From Curvularia clavata (Eukaryota), in the NCBI GenBank assembly GCA_023920165.1, contig CP089274.1, positions 3,968,001 to 4,032,000 on the forward strand: DNA of 64,000 nucleotides, in the 5' to 3' direction. Shown piece by piece: positions 48,238 through 62,549 of this stretch. A program made the translations under genes and the position numbers. The stretch's first letter is position 1; each line of letters starts with the position of its first letter. The notes beneath the pieces were generated by a model that worked only from the letters and a program-made list of their open reading frames with translations, had not been told where the DNA came from and made no database searches.

Positions 48238-51200
48238 TCAAAGGTACAGACTGGCGCAGTTGCAAATGTCCCTGTTTCAGAGTTCCCGTCAGCACAGATC
48301 CACTAACACACAACCCTCATTACGACAACAAACCCTTGACCCGTGGAACTCGGAACGAAATTCCGGTAATAGAAAGAAGCACACATACCGTTTGATAAGT
48401 TCCTGACATGTCCCCATCTTCTGGAACAAAGTCGGATCGCCGATAATCCGAGCAGCGTTCTTGACCTCACGACATGTCTCATCCAACCGAGTAATGACGC
48501 GGACAATGGTCCCCTCCATGACGTCTGTCAAGTCCGTGATCCTGTTGAACGACATACCGCGTGCCCACTCGTACACGACCTCAACCATGCCAAAGCGGGG
48601 CTTGCTTACGAAGTCGTTTGAGTCATCTGCCGACAGAATGACCTGATGTTTCGTCTGGATCTCGTTGACCTTTTCTGAGATTTGGATAATCTTAGCTACG
48701 CCGCGTTCCAGACTGGCTGTCAGAGTGGGCTCTATGTCGGTCTTTTCCTGGAAGACAAAGGCCGACAGTAGCGCGACGATCTCTTCGGGCTCATACTCGG
48801 CGAGTACGTTTTCCAAAACGAGCTCGGTGAGGACCAGCTCATCAGCCGAGTGGATCTAAGAATTGTCAGTATGTACATGACTCGGAAAGAGCGGAGTAGG
48901 CGACCGGCATACCTCGCATGCGACTTTGCCCTTCAACTCTACCCGGGACCCTTCGTCAATAAAGCCAAGATCTTTGAGCACCTGTATACGTTGCTCGTAA
49001 TCAGGCAGGAGCTGCAGATTCTGGTCAGACATGAGTTGCCGTAACGCATGGATGTTTTCTTTGATGAGCCATTGGTCGTGCTCCATGGCAAACTACAGCG
49101 ATTAGCATCCTACATACATATGCAGCTATTCGACTCGTGTTGCTTACATGTTTTAGGAAGTTGGGGCATTTCAAACACTCTTTGCTGACCGCATTCATGC
49201 CCTCCCTTTTACGAGCCTCCTCGAGTTCTCGGAACTTGAGACTATTGATGCGGCTGTAATCGTATTCATCCCAGTCTTCATAGTCCCATGACCCACACAA
49301 GGGTAGGAATTGGTCTTGTGCGAGCTTTAGTGTATCTTGTGTATTTTTAGCGTTGTATCACGGCCTTGACGCGGTCACTTACCTTTCTTCCGGTTAAGGT
49401 TCTGAACAGAGTCAGGAACATCAATGGTGGTCTTGGTAAAGCATTCGATGTCATTCAAGGGGACAAAGGCAGTCTTCAAAATTAGATCGCCGGGTTTGTT
49501 CGGTAACTTTCGGAACAATTGCGCAAAGGGGCCAAGATATGGAAGCAAGTCGTCGGGCTTGCGGTCTTGGTGTTGCGCAACTTCGAGGACCTTCACCGTG
49601 GGCTCGTTGCCGCGGCTTGTACCGTCCTGCATGAGCATGCCTGCTGTGCGTTTATTGTCCTGGTGGCCGCAGGTTAGGTCGCATCTGAGAACTGGGGTGG
49701 AAAAATTACCTTCTTATAAACGATTAGTCGATTCTTGCTGAAGACTCGCCGGCCGACAGGATTAATGAGAAGACTCAAATGCATCTCGTTGGTCAGTCTC
49801 TTGTAGTCTTCGCATGACTGGTGGCAGGCCTCTAGGTCAATATCGCAGATGTCACAAGGTTCGCGCTTGATCTTCTCCAATTCGGCTTCTGAGAGCTTGA
49901 CTTTGCCTTGGTGCTCTGGCAGCAATGCCTGAGTCGCATTCTCACTGAAGCTTCGCTTGATCATCTCCTCAATCTTCAATGCCTCTACACGCAAGAGGTT
50001 CAACATCATGTTGTATGTAAGACGGAACTGTGACCTGAGTTTGGTTGGTTCGCCAAGCATCATTTGTCGTAGTCTTGCTGCTGGTGGTGCCTCGTCGGCC
50101 CCAGGTGCGCAAATGATGACAGTACCAACAGTGTCTAGACCTCGACGTCCTGCACGACCAGCCATCTGTGTGTATTCACCAGGAAGCAGGTCGCGGAATT
50201 CTCGGCCATCGTGTTTTCGGAAGCCAGAAAAGACGACTGTTCTAGTAGGCAGGTTCAGGCCCATGGCAAAAGTCTCGGTTGCAAACAGGACTTTGACCAG
50301 CGTTTTGGCGAAGAGTATTTCCACAACCTCCTTTACGATGGGCAACATGCCACCATGGTGAACCGCGATGCCACGACCGAGCAATTCTCTCAGTCGCTTG
50401 ATTTGTGGGAGTTCGCGGTCTTCGCGGCTCAATCTAGCCAGTGACTTTTCGATTGTCATGTGGATCGCACTCTTCTCCGCGGCAGTGCAGTAATCGATGT
50501 TTGAAAGTGCTTCAGCATTCTCTTCGCAACGCTTCTTTGAGAACACGAAGATACAAGCCGGCAACAGATCTTTGTTTCGAAGATGTTGAATAAGATGCAC
50601 CCATATGTTTCGATCCTGTGCAGCTGTTGTGCGACCACCACCACGGCCTGTCCTGGCAATGTTTCCACGACCTCTGGCTGCAGGTGGACCCCCACCGCGG
50701 GAATTGCCACCTCGGCCACCTCCTTGCTGGCCTCTTCCCCGTTGATTCTGCCCTCCTCTACCAGGCGGGCCTCCGCGCCCGCCACCGCCTCTACCACCTT
50801 GGGTCTCTGTGGTAGGCGCCTTGACCTTGTCCTTGCCCGAAAGAATGTCGTTTGCATCTTTCCATCCGTTGTCAAGGAATTTCTTGTCTGCGGTAACAAT
50901 CTTGTGAATGTCTTTTCCAGCCCAGAGATAGTGCTCCAGGGGGATAGGCCGCTTAGGAGTGGATATAACGTATATATCTTTCTTCTTAGTGCGACCTACC
51001 CAAGAGGCAAACTCATAAGTGTTTGGAACAGTGGCTGATAACAGAATGAGCGTTACATGCTCTGGAAGCATGATAATGACTTCTTCCCATACAACGCCAC
51101 GCTCCAAATCGTTCACGTAATGCACTTCGTCGAAGATGACAAATTCCACATCTCTTATCAAGTCAGCTCCACGATACAGCATGCTTCTGAGAATTTCAGT

Positions 51201-52418
51201 GGTCATGATGAGACAGCTGGCTTCGGGCTTGATCTGCACATCTCCCGTTAAGATGCCGACATCGTCAAAAGTTTGGCGGAAGTCCCGGAACTTTTGGTTA
51301 CTAAGAGCCTTGATTGGAGAGGTGTAGATGGCTTTTGTCATGTGCTTGGCAGCGAGTGCAATGGCATATTCTGCAACCACGGTCTTGCCAGCAGAGGTGT
51401 GCGCAGCTACAAAGACTGAATCACCATTCTCCAGATGATAGACTGCCTCTTTCTGGAAGGTATCCAGCTCGAAAGGATACTCGCGCGCCATTTCGGGCAC
51501 AAGCTCACGAAAATTGGTGATGTCGCGGTTGATGTCAACCATGTGGGCCCACTCTCGCCCGCCTTTCCTTCCGGCTCCCATGGAAAGGGGACCATGCGGA
51601 GCCAGTGCGGGAAACTCTACTGGCAAGAGGGCATCAATTTCTTCTTCTCCAGGGGTCTGGCTGTCATCGGGCACGTCAGTGCCGTTCGCACCAGTGTTGT
51701 TGATGTCATCCTCGTCGTCAGCTCTTGTTTCATCAGTGGGAGCAGGTGCCTCTCCCAGCGTGTCTTCCACCTCTTTTTCGATGCTGGTGTCCGTAGTAGG
51801 TTTCTTCTGCAAGTCTAGGCCACGCGTGAACCCTGGGGGAACTTCAAGGAGACCACCTTCAGCGCTGAAATTGATCACCCGGTCAAGGCCTCCAGCCTTC
51901 TTCCTGGTGGCGTTTTCTTGCTGCTGAATTGCCTCGTCTTCAATCGCCGCGATTGCCTCGACCCCTTCTAAGCCACCGGGTGCGAAGGGAAAAAAGCCGG
52001 CGGCACCACGAACGAATTCCGCTCTGTTAGCCGGCTTTCGGAGGAGCGAGGTCGAATTCTTAGCGGTCGCAGAGTTGGCAGGCACTGTAACCTCCTTGTA
52101 CCCGGTGACTCGACCCTCGAGGCCCTCACGCGTGAAGCGAATAATAGTCCGGGTTTGGGTTGGAGCGATTTGAAACAGGCTGCGATAGTTTGTTGGGGCA
52201 TCCCAGCGCTGCTGAAGCTGATTGAGCCATGGTGCATTGAAAGACCTCGAGGGCGTCAAGAACTCTTGCTCAAGCTCCTTTTTGATGACCTCTTTGGTTT
52301 TCCGTTGACGCTTGGGGGGTTGTTGTTTGCCGGCTAATGAGTCTATCCAGCCAGCCTCTTCGTCGAGCTTACTGCTGCTCAGCCGCAGCTCCTCTAGTTG
52401 CCCAGACAAAGCCTCCAT
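48238..52418 (-). CDS. SKI2: Ski2-like DEVH-box RNA helicase
   Basis: AHTSAGKT, DEVH, SAT, QMAGRAGRRG, RG-rich insert, DSHCT C-terminus ending ...ASLYL. Multi-exon. Confidence 0.95.
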
Positions 52419-52899
52419 GTTTGCGAGTCGAGAGCAAACGTGGTTGGGGGCGCCTATTGTTTGTGGTGTGTTTGAGAAAATGGATGACGTTGATTGAAAT
52501 GCCAAGCCTAGCATGGAACGAGGCGGGGCGCCCTAGGTAGGTACCCCACTGAGCACGAAAACTACACGTTCACACGCTCATATTCAGCATTTTACCGTTG
52601 GCTCTACCTCTACCTCTACCTTTACTTTTACCTTTCAACATACGGAGTGCATCTTGCCCTGCACAATTGCGGTAAAAAAAAATTTCCCTCTGCTATATGC
52701 CGTGTGTATTATTGATCCATACCTAAAACGGCCACTGGAAGGCACTTGCTCATAGTCGCCGAAACTCTATTGTTGCTGATGATTGCGTGGATTGTATTTC
52801 ATAAAAACGCTGTACGCGTGCCACCCCTTCATACCTCATGAGAATCCCTTGAACGCCTCGCTATGCAATTCACAACATAAAAACGCCTTAGACAATTAC

Positions 52900-53743
52900 T
52901 CAATCCCACATGTCATCCATATCTGCCATGGCTTCCATCTCGTCTGCAAAGGGGTCGTCTTGAGTGGGCACCGGCCGTGTAGGTAGCGTCTGTTTGAGTG
53001 TTGCAGTAGGCTCTTCACTTTGCGCCAGGAGAGCATCCAACTCGTCTTCGTTAGGCTCTTCATCTGCTGTATGTGCTGTCGCATCTGCTGCTGGGTTTCC
53101 CATGTCTCTCTGCTGTTCGGAACCATTCTCCACGCCGTCCATTTTTTCTATGCTTTGCTGTACAACGGATTCTTGTGCAGCCGCATCCACCTCCTCCTCG
53201 CTATCGGGTTCCGCAGCGCGCCGTGGCTTTCCTTCGTCGATCCAGTCTTTCCGCATAATCTGCATGCGCTTTGTGTGTCCGACCTTCTCCACAATGGCTA
53301 GTGCGTCTGCAAACTTGGCTCGAGGGTACAGGTCATCGAGCCAGAGTTGATACATGTTTAGCATACGGGCAATGTCTCCATACTGTAAATTGGTCAAGAC
53401 TGTGGATCGTGAATGCAGGCTCTCCAGCGCATACCTCGTGTCCCTTTCCCTTGAAGCGCAGGCGGTCTTTGGATATCTTGCGAAGACGAGGAATGCCAGG
53501 GTCAGATAGCAGTCGCTGGTCGTCTAATTTTGGTGCAGGCTCGCGCTTCTTGGTGATGACAATCTCCTCGTCAACACCCAAGTCGCCATTGGTGCCTTGG
53601 TGCCTGTTCTTTCTCCATGACTCTGGCTGCGTAGGTGGCTCAGTGGATGGAACCACCTTTTCAGGCTCGACAACATCCCTGAGGATATCATCGAGGTCAT
53701 CGTCGAAGTCGTCGTTGTGTGTTTGTGGGCCTGCTGGAGCCAT
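52900..53743 (-). CDS. CSM3: Replication fork protection complex subunit Csm3/Swi3/Tipin
   Basis: KLDDQRLLSDPGIPRL, FKGKGHE|YGDIARMLNMYQLWLDDLYPRAKFAD...VEKVGH. One intron. Confidence 0.9.
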
Positions 53744-54096
53744 TGTGCGGTTATGGGCGATATCTGTTCACAGAGCAATGGTTCAACCACAATGGCATAA
53801 ATGGGTGGAACGCGACGCGCTTGACGCGTTCAGCCACATGCACGGACCCATGACGCTAAGCTTTGAGTACCTGTGGCGCATGTTTGTCTAGCCATTCAAC
53901 ACCCGAGTGCACTACTTCGTTCTTTGTGACTTGAACTTGACATCCAAAATTCTTCGCGCTTGCTTAATTTTTGCGCCTGCAGTCCTGTTCGTCAGGCCGC
54001 CGTATCACCACTGCTATCTAGTCGTGCAGTCACATTTGCGCCATCCATTGTTCCAGACCGCAATTGAAACCAGGACGCGACAAATATCTTCCCTCA

Positions 54097-56381
54097 ATGA
54101 CCGCTCCTGGTCTCCTGCCCGCAGATGCGGTGGCTCCGAGAATCGACTATCTATTACGCCGCGCACGTATTGTCAAGCCTGTTTCTACTATCGATCCTCC
54201 GCTACAGGTCTCAGAGCTTGTGCCAGAGGGTGAGCCACTCCTGGGTGAAATCGAAGGCGGGCAGGAAGTGCAGATGCTTGCTGTTGAGAGGGCAGCAAAG
54301 AGCATTTTCTACGCCAATCTTGTCAGTCACCGCCATTTTCTTGTTGTCGCCATGTGAAAGCTGCTTACCTGTCTGTCCAGGGATCCACTCGGATTGAAGA
54401 GCCCGCTTTTGTCACCATTTGGAACCTGCTCGATATCCTACAGTACTGTGGCGACCGAGGTACCTCCCGAGTCCATCTTCCTTGCCAGCCTGCGACTAAC
54501 AGCCTGCAGAGTTATGCTCCCGTCAACTTGGCCTCGTTCTCATCGAGGAGCTCCTGGACAGCCTATCCATCTCAGGATGTCGAAGGGTATTTAACTATCT
54601 CGAGTCCAGGAGAGAAAGTATTATCGCAGTATGTCTTCTTCACCGTTCTTTGTGGTCGTCCCACTCACCGACTTCTAGATCCATAACAGAAACAAGGATC
54701 TCGTCATCTTGAGGCTATGCAACGAGTTGTTGCGCCGCACTTCACGCGCCGAAGACCCGGTATTCTGTGGGCGCGTCTACATTTTCATGTTTCAGAGCTT
54801 TCCCTTGGGCGATAAAAGCTCGGTCAATCTACGGGGCAATTTCCACGTCGAGAACATTACCACTTTTGAAGATTTTCTGAAGGATTCGCACACAGACGAT
54901 GATTCGATGCAAATTGACGCCGATGAAACTATTTCCGGGACTGTCAGAGATGAATCCAGATCAGAAGCAGCAAAGACGCCGCAGGCTGGGGACCTTGATA
55001 AAACCAGGGACGGTAAACCTACCACTCTTGACGTCGACACACTCTATCCAGTGTTCTGGTCCCTACAACATTCGTTCTCGAACCCGCCCAGACTGTTCGA
55101 ACAAGACAACTTCCGACAGTTTCAACAGGGTCTAGAGGCAACCCTAGCCAAATTCAAAGAGGTTCCCAAAGTGATCCAAGCTGGCGACTCTGAGCGCAAA
55201 AAGGGACAACAGTCGGGAGAAGGGGATGATTACGACACATTTGCCAACTCATTCAACCCAAAATACCTCACAAGCCGTGACCTGTTCAGACTCGAGGTAC
55301 GTGACTTTGCCACTGCCAATGCTGCGCTATGACTGAACAATTTCCAGCTCAGCGACCTCGCCTTCCAACGTCATATCCTGGTCCAAGCACTGATCCTCAT
55401 TGATTTCCTTCTGACCCTTACCGAGAGCTCAAAGAGTAAGCTGTTTTATCAGAATGCACAGAAGGCGATGCAGTACAATTTCACCCTTGGTACCGAACAG
55501 GTAAGTCATGTCCGGCACTGCACTGCCTCGTTGCTCATACCAGTCCCCTCCCCCCATTTCCAGTCACGCACCCATTCTCGCTACTGCATCTCTGGTCATC
55601 AGAGAGCCGGCTGACGTGCGAGCACAGACCGAGTGGGCATTGGGCATCAAAAACGCCATTGCAAATTACCTGCAGGAGGGACCGGATGGCAAATTCTACT
55701 ACCGGATGGTGGATACGGTACTTTCGCGCGACAAGAATTGGGTAAGGTGGAAGATGGAGAACTGCCAGCCATTCACCCGAGACCGGGTACCCACGACGGA
55801 CTTTCAGCAAGCCAAGTCTGGGGCGCAGAGAGCCGTGGTGAGCAAGAAGGCTCCTCGGCCTATGAATGTCCCCAGCACGTTTGACTTTCTCTCCAACAAC
55901 GATGCTGAAAAGGGGCTGTCCCAGCTGCGGCAGAGGAATAGGTACGTGCTCTGTTTCTCTCTTGCTTGTTCCGGTAAACAAGTCCATTGCAAGCTTCTTA
56001 CACTTTTGATTCAGGTTCAATGTGCCAAACGCAGAGACGTATGCCAAAAAGTTGCAAATGACGGACCTGGACATGGACATGGCTGATGGCGACGAGGAGA
56101 AGCAGCAATTGGAGGAGAAGAAATCCAGTCACGTCTGGCGGGGGCTTCGTTTGGCGTCCAAGACGCAGCTCAGCTCGTTTGACAAAGTCGAGCATGGCAA
56201 AGGCCTCGAGGCTCTTCAGCCGGCGAGGGCTTCGACTGAGGCCACGGGCCCTGAGGTTGCAGCACCACCCACCAGTTCTGGTTCGGATGAGCAGGGGTCT
56301 GTTCCGCAGAGCGAGCATCAGAGCGTCGAGGAGCTGCGGGCCGGCGAACACAGTCAAGTGACGGCAGATTCAGCAGCGTAG
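54097..56381 (+). CDS. HPR1: THO complex subunit 1 (Hpr1/THOC1)
   Basis: LRLCNELLRRTSRAEDPVFCGRV.IF.FQSFPLGDKSSVNLRG, PKYLTSRDLF, VLSRDKNWVRWK. Multi-exon. Confidence 0.9.
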
Positions 56382-58727
56382 TAGTACTAGCTAGTAGTGG
56401 GCAGGGGCAGCAAACCGCCCGGTTGACCAATTGAGGCATGCAATATCTGAGGGCCACGAGCTTTTCCCTTTAGAGTGAGGTGCAGTATGGGGAGCATTGC
56501 GGCGCCTTTCTCACTTTGTTCGTCACGTTGTTCTCTGGTTGGAATCTTCCATCTGCAAGCACAAGCACAAGCGGCACAAGCGAAGAGAACATGGGGGGGT
56601 TTAGTCAGGCGTCTTGTGTTGCGGGCCCACTTCACTGTCAGCATATCGATAGATAGATGGATGATCGGACAAAAAGCATCCACATGCACAGGGTGATGAG
56701 CGACTCGACTAACTTGTCGCCAACGGGTGTGGCCTGCCCCCCTCTTTCATCATTGTTCAGCCAGCGCGCCACGATTTGGCGGCTAGAAGGAGCCATGATT
56801 GGGGCGCAGGCAAGGCGGGCAAGGCAGGCGGTGGAGATGAAAAGGACCGCGTTTGATGAAATTCAACGACGGAGAGCAATCTATCAGCGCGCGTGGCAAA
56901 AAAGTGCCCCGTCCCGGGTACCGCTTTGACGTAAGGGACGGGAGACGGAGGGAAAGGAAGTCTGGGTCTCTCTTTGATTGGAAGTTCTAGGTCTTTGGGG
57001 AAAGAAATGAGATGCGAAAGAAGCAGCCTTGCCGTTGACTACCGGGGTGGGGCCGTCTTTGAGTTCAGGCTCATTGGGGGGAGGGGGGGAGAGAAAAAAA
57101 AAGTTGTGGGCGAGCATGGGAGGGGGGTGAGGGCGATAGCAGCTGTGTGTGTGTGTGTTGTCGGCGCGAGAGAATCCACCCTCGGTGTGCATGGCCTTCC
57201 GAAATGAAGGGACCTGTCCTACCTGACACTACCGCTCAGCGGGCATCCGAGGCTGTCAAGGCTGAGGTGCGGAAGTGCGTAGCGTAGCGTAGCGTAGCGC
57301 GGGTGACACAGTGCCCTGACTTTGTGTGAGAGGGCAGCTCTTAGGGAGCCTAGGCAAGCAATTGTGTACCTCGCATGGCGTGTGAGTGGCATGGCAGCAA
57401 ATCTGGAGGCAGAGGCAGCATGACGAGTGACGAGTGACTGGCATGTGCTGCCGACAGCAAGCCAGGGGGACCCATGGGCCCATCAAACCTACAGCGAGCG
57501 CCTTTTGGAGCGGACCGGTGGAAAATATGGGCGCGGTTTGGCTGGTCCCCCTGGTGTGTTGTTGCTCCTGTCATTTCGAAACCCGCCCTCATCCGCCAGC
57601 CGGGCAGTCTTGGCGGTGTTTTGGAAGTGGGACGGTAACGCCGTGGTCGGCACCGGTGGATTGCGTAGGCCAGCCCGGGCGACAGAACAGAGCAGAAACA
57701 TGCCAAACGACCCAAACGCTGGTGGTTACCTAGGTGCTTCAACGCGCGGGAAAAAACAAGTGGCAGCGGGCGCGGGTGGCTATGTGACGGCGCGAGGCGG
57801 CGGGCGGGCGTGATTGGGTACAGTGGGGAAGATGCAATCGAGGCCATGTACGGCCTGCGTCGTGGCTGTGGTATGGGATGGATGGTATGGAATGGTGTGG
57901 TCTGGTTTGGTTCCGGTACGTGTGGGTGCGTGGCAGCCGCCGCATCGGCTAGACGTTCATCTGCTTTGAACACGGACAATGTCGATCAGCACGGAACGGC
58001 GCAGCCATGGGTGGCTTGCGCATCGCGCGTTTTTCCCTGCAGAGGGCGCACCACAACATGACATGGACAGTCGTCACAGCCAGGCCAAGCAGCCTCATGG
58101 CACCGCGACGGGGCGTTTCACGGCGGCGGCGGCCACCAGGTGCTCGCCAGGCTGCTTGGTATTCGGCCGCTGTCACGACAAAAGTACCGACAGCCTACCA
58201 GCGTCACACGCGTCGCACTACAGCGAGAACCGACTTCGAGAAACAGGACAGGCGCCCTTTGTTCAGCTTTTTTCCCGGCGCGGGCCGAGCTTTTGGCCGT
58301 TAGATCGCAGTCCAGTCCAGCCTACTGCTACCACGCATACATACGCGCTGGCCCTATGTACTCACCACCCTGCATCGAGCAGGTGGCCAGCTCCTCCGCA
58401 CACTGCACTGCACTGCTGGCTAGGGCCTGTCCCCCCGGCCGCTCGGCTGAAGACGACGACGCCGCCGCCTTGTGCTTTATGCACCGTTGCATCGCGCGAC
58501 AGGCGGCTCCCACCACCAAGCCAGAGAGCATGCAAGACAAGGCTGATGCACCGCGTTCCTGACGCATACGCAATTTGCCCATCGCCCGACTCTTGACAGC
58601 TGCCACCATCGCGCCCTCTGCAAAGCCACCGGCCCCAAAAGGGCCATGCGAGGCCTACCACCCGCCGCGGCCATGGCCGTCGTGTCGCCATCATCATGGA
58701 TGCATCGTGTCTGTGTGTGCGTGCGTC

Positions 58728-58735
<8 letters not shown>

Positions 58736-58774
<39 letters not shown>
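58736..58774. repeat. (TG)n microsatellite
   Basis: Read directly. Confidence 0.9.
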
Positions 58775-58776
<2 letters not shown>

Positions 58777-60196
58777 TCCGACAGATGGCAGCATACTGCC
58801 GCTACCACAAGGTCCGACTACACGCTCCACCACCACCACCACCACCAAGCAACCATCACCACCACCACTACCTACCACACCAGCGACCACACTAGAGCGG
58901 CATTGACAACGACACCCCGCAACCAGCCGTGCAAGCGTTGCCGAGCCCTGTCACATCCCTGTCGCCTCTTACGGCGGGTTCCTTGGACCTCCCGCATCGC
59001 ATTTGGCCAGTAATGGCGCCGCCGCCTGCCTCGACCATCTGCTGCTTGACGCCACCATGCCCTCCTGGTCGTCGGCCATTTTTCTACACGGGCCATGGCC
59101 TATGCATGCGAGCATGCACCACCAGCCCACCATGTTCACCAAAGACAGGCATGCACCACGCCGCATCCACCGCCCTGCCATTCGCTCGTTCCCGCCCCGT
59201 CTCGACTGCCTACAGGGCCCACGTCCCGACCTACCGCATCCCTGTGCCCTGGTGTCCTTGGGGTCTGCCATGCCAGCACTAGGCCCTCGACCCTCGTTAG
59301 TCACGCTTCTCGTCGTGTAACAAGCTGCCTCCACGTCCCTCGTAGGATATCTTGTTTCCCTAAGAAGGACCACTGTCCATGCATCCTAGTCCCCTACCCC
59401 CCGGTCAAATGCCCTTTTCCTCATCCTTCGATTTTATCCGGATCGTCGACGTTAGGGCCCGTCAAGCCTTTTGGGTTCGACTGATCTGATCCCCCCCCCT
59501 CCCTGTCTTGCCTGTGCCCCATCGCTGATATAGCCTCCGACGGTTCCTGACGCTCCTCTACACAAAGGGCCCCTACCCCATCCATCGTTGAACCGCGGGA
59601 TCCAAACGCCTTCACTTCTACTAGTATAGAAGCAATCCTTCCCCCCGCTCTTCCACCTTCCCCCCCAATCCCAAATCTACCAAGCCATTCTGGGCTCGGC
59701 GTCTATCCTTCTTCTTACATCCACTACTGCCGCCCTTGGTAGCTTTTCTCTTTCAAGCTCCAAGTTGCTCCCACATTGCGCACCTCTCTTGACACAACAA
59801 AATCTCAAACAAGTCACCTCTGGGGGAGAGACTTGCACAATCACCCACCGTTGAGCTTACACCCTCCGCTGGATCGGCACAACGACATTGCGACAACCCT
59901 TCACCCTCTCGCTGATCACCCGCAACCAACCCCGCACACAAGGACAGGGCCACCGATCGACCACACATCACAAGGACCATCGGATCATTACTCCTTGTAG
60001 ACGATTCACTGTCTACACTGCTCCCAGAGAGTCTAAGCGACACAGTCCACTGCCACTCCACCTAGGAACAAAGGCAGCCAGGTAAGCAGTGGCGTCCTGT
60101 GTCCTGGTCTCTAAGCTAACGAGTACAAAAAGGACGCCCTAGCTCTACAGCTTCACCTACCTGTAAACCCCTACAAGACTATTCCCCAAAGCCCCA

Positions 60197-61941
60197 ATGG
60201 TTGACGGAAACTTTCTCATTCCTTTGTCTCCTCCTAGTTCGCCACACATGTCTGGTTACAGCACATCTGCCCCAGACAACGAGTGGCAATCGTCAGAAAT
60301 CAGGACACTGGAGCACACTCCACCGCACTCCGACAACGACATGGCAATGCTTCAGGCCGATGTCTCCGGACACAACTTTGACCTGAAGCGTCCCTCAATG
60401 CGATCACACAAGACCTTTCCCTATCTCCTTGACAGCAAGAACCACATCAACGCTGGCAATGACGCGCCGACTGGTCTTGATGAGATTGAGCAGCACGACG
60501 TTCCCAATGTGACATTTGGGGGCTCCGCTCCAGCTAGCCCAATCTCCCGCCTTACACCCCCTTCTACCAATGACGGCGTGACAGTGACCAAGGTTGAGGA
60601 GCAAGAACAAGAACACGAAGATGACCTCTTCTCTGACGACAAAGAAGACTGTTGTGAAGACGAGACCAAGGACGAGGACAGGCCGCCTATGTCTGCTGCT
60701 GAGATCCGAGCGGCTAAGCGGAAGATGAAGCGATTCAGGCTTACCCACAACCAAACCCGCTTCCTCATGAGCGAGTTTGCCCGCCAGGCACACCCAGATG
60801 CGGCCCATAGGGAACGGTTGGCTCGAGAGATTCCCGGTCTTAGCCCTCGCCAGGTCCAAGTCTGGTTCCAGAACAGGTAGGCAACGTAATGGTGCATCGA
60901 GTCAAGACGTTTGTTCTAACGTGATTACAGGCGAGCAAAGCTCAAGCGCTTGACAAGCGACGACCGCGAGCGCATGATGAGGTCTCGGGCACTCCCTGAT
61001 GACTTCGACATGGCTTCGGCCCTGCATGCTCCATTTGCCAACTCTCCAGGGCTCGGCACACCTCTGGCCTCGCCTGCGTCTTACAATCCAAGCTACCCAG
61101 AAAGCAACATGATGCGACCACTGAGCATCGACACCTTCCGAAGAGGGCCGCTCGACTCGCACATGTCACCTACAGGTATCAGCCCTGCCTTTGGTGGCTT
61201 CTCTTTCACACCCCCACAATCAGCAACAGATGCCATCTCGCCCGTGTCGACGCACGAGGGATCGCCATTTGGCTTCCACTCAGCACCCCTTGATACGAGC
61301 CCAAGGACATCAAACCCCTTCTCCATGCCCGTCAGTAACCCTCCAGCATACGCTGCAAGCCACAGCATACCTCGTCTTTCACTTCACGCCGACCGCATCT
61401 CAAGAAGCCGCGCAGAGTCTCTACAGTCGCCTCTGAGGACCAGCATGAGCTACACCAGCGTAGGTGAGCACACCAGCACCAGCAGCCCACATGGCCACCA
61501 GGATAGCCCAAGGTCGTCATATTCTAGCTCGATGATGCCATACGGTATTGGCTATTCTTGTAAGTACCTCAACAACAACAACAACGCATCTTCTGTTCTT
61601 GTCTAACAGTTTCAGACGCACCAGTCCCTGGCTTTGGGTCCTCCAACGGCAGAATGCGCTCCTTCTCTAACGGTGTTCCCCGACGCATCGAGCTGAGCAA
61701 CTTCACACCTCAGCGCAACGGGTCAACACCACAAACCGCTCACTTCCCCTCCTTCTCCAGCTCACCACTGGGTACCCAGAGCTTTTCGATGCCTCAGATG
61801 AGTGCACCACACCATCTGTCGACATTCCCCAATTCGTACATGCGCAGTGATTCTGCACACAACGACTCGTACTCAGCTCTCGGTGAAGTCCTCGAGAATG
61901 CCAGCCAACACAGTGACGACCACACCGGCAGCCCATATTAA
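60197..61941 (+). CDS. Homeobox transcription factor (3 coding exons)
   Basis: KRKMKRFRLTHNQTRFLMSEFARQAHPD...LSPRQVQVWFQNR|RAKLKR with Ser/Pro-rich C-terminus. Probable 5'-UTR intron at ~60082-60132. Confidence 0.92.
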
Positions 61942-62527
61942 CCAAGCCAACCAACGAATTTGTTGGGGCTTTGTATGTTTGCACCTGGAGTTTCAGGTGT
62001 ACATACCAGCGATGTCTTTACTAAAAGGAAAAAAAAACCGGAGGGTGGATGTATTCTTTTTTTCGCTCGACTGGTCTGATGACATGACGAATCTATCCTC
62101 CCTTGTTGTTCGTATATTTTTGTTGTTTTCTGCGGCGATACCAGTCTCGCTTTCTTTTCCCACGGGTCCTTTCTTTGGTCAGGGACTTGTCTTGGAAGTT
62201 ACTTCATACCAGGAACAGCAAACAACCGTCAAGTAGGTGGCAAGCACACTATTTCTTGACTGCTTTTCGTGTCTGTATTCATCTCTTACTTTTGTGTGTT
62301 TGGCTCGCTTTTTTTCTGTTTACAAGAGGCAAATATCGGTACAAATAACTTCTATTCTCTGTATATCTTAGACACACTTTACAATCCAACAACATCACTA
62401 CTACGATTTTCACTCTTGGTGCACAGTCTGTGATGTCTCTTCCTTTTTCTCCTTCTAAGCACTTTTACAAAGTTCTCAAAGTCCTCACTCTTGCCACCAG
62501 TCAGTGGGCCAGGCTACCTACCTGTTT

Positions 62528-62549
62528 CCCCCCCCCCCCCCCCCCCCCC
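62528..62549. repeat. Poly-C tract
   Basis: Read directly. Confidence 0.9.

Noticed and set aside
57256..59615. Many overlapping 70-210 aa ORFs on both strands
   Set aside because: Expected in GC-rich, microsatellite-containing non-coding DNA. No domains.
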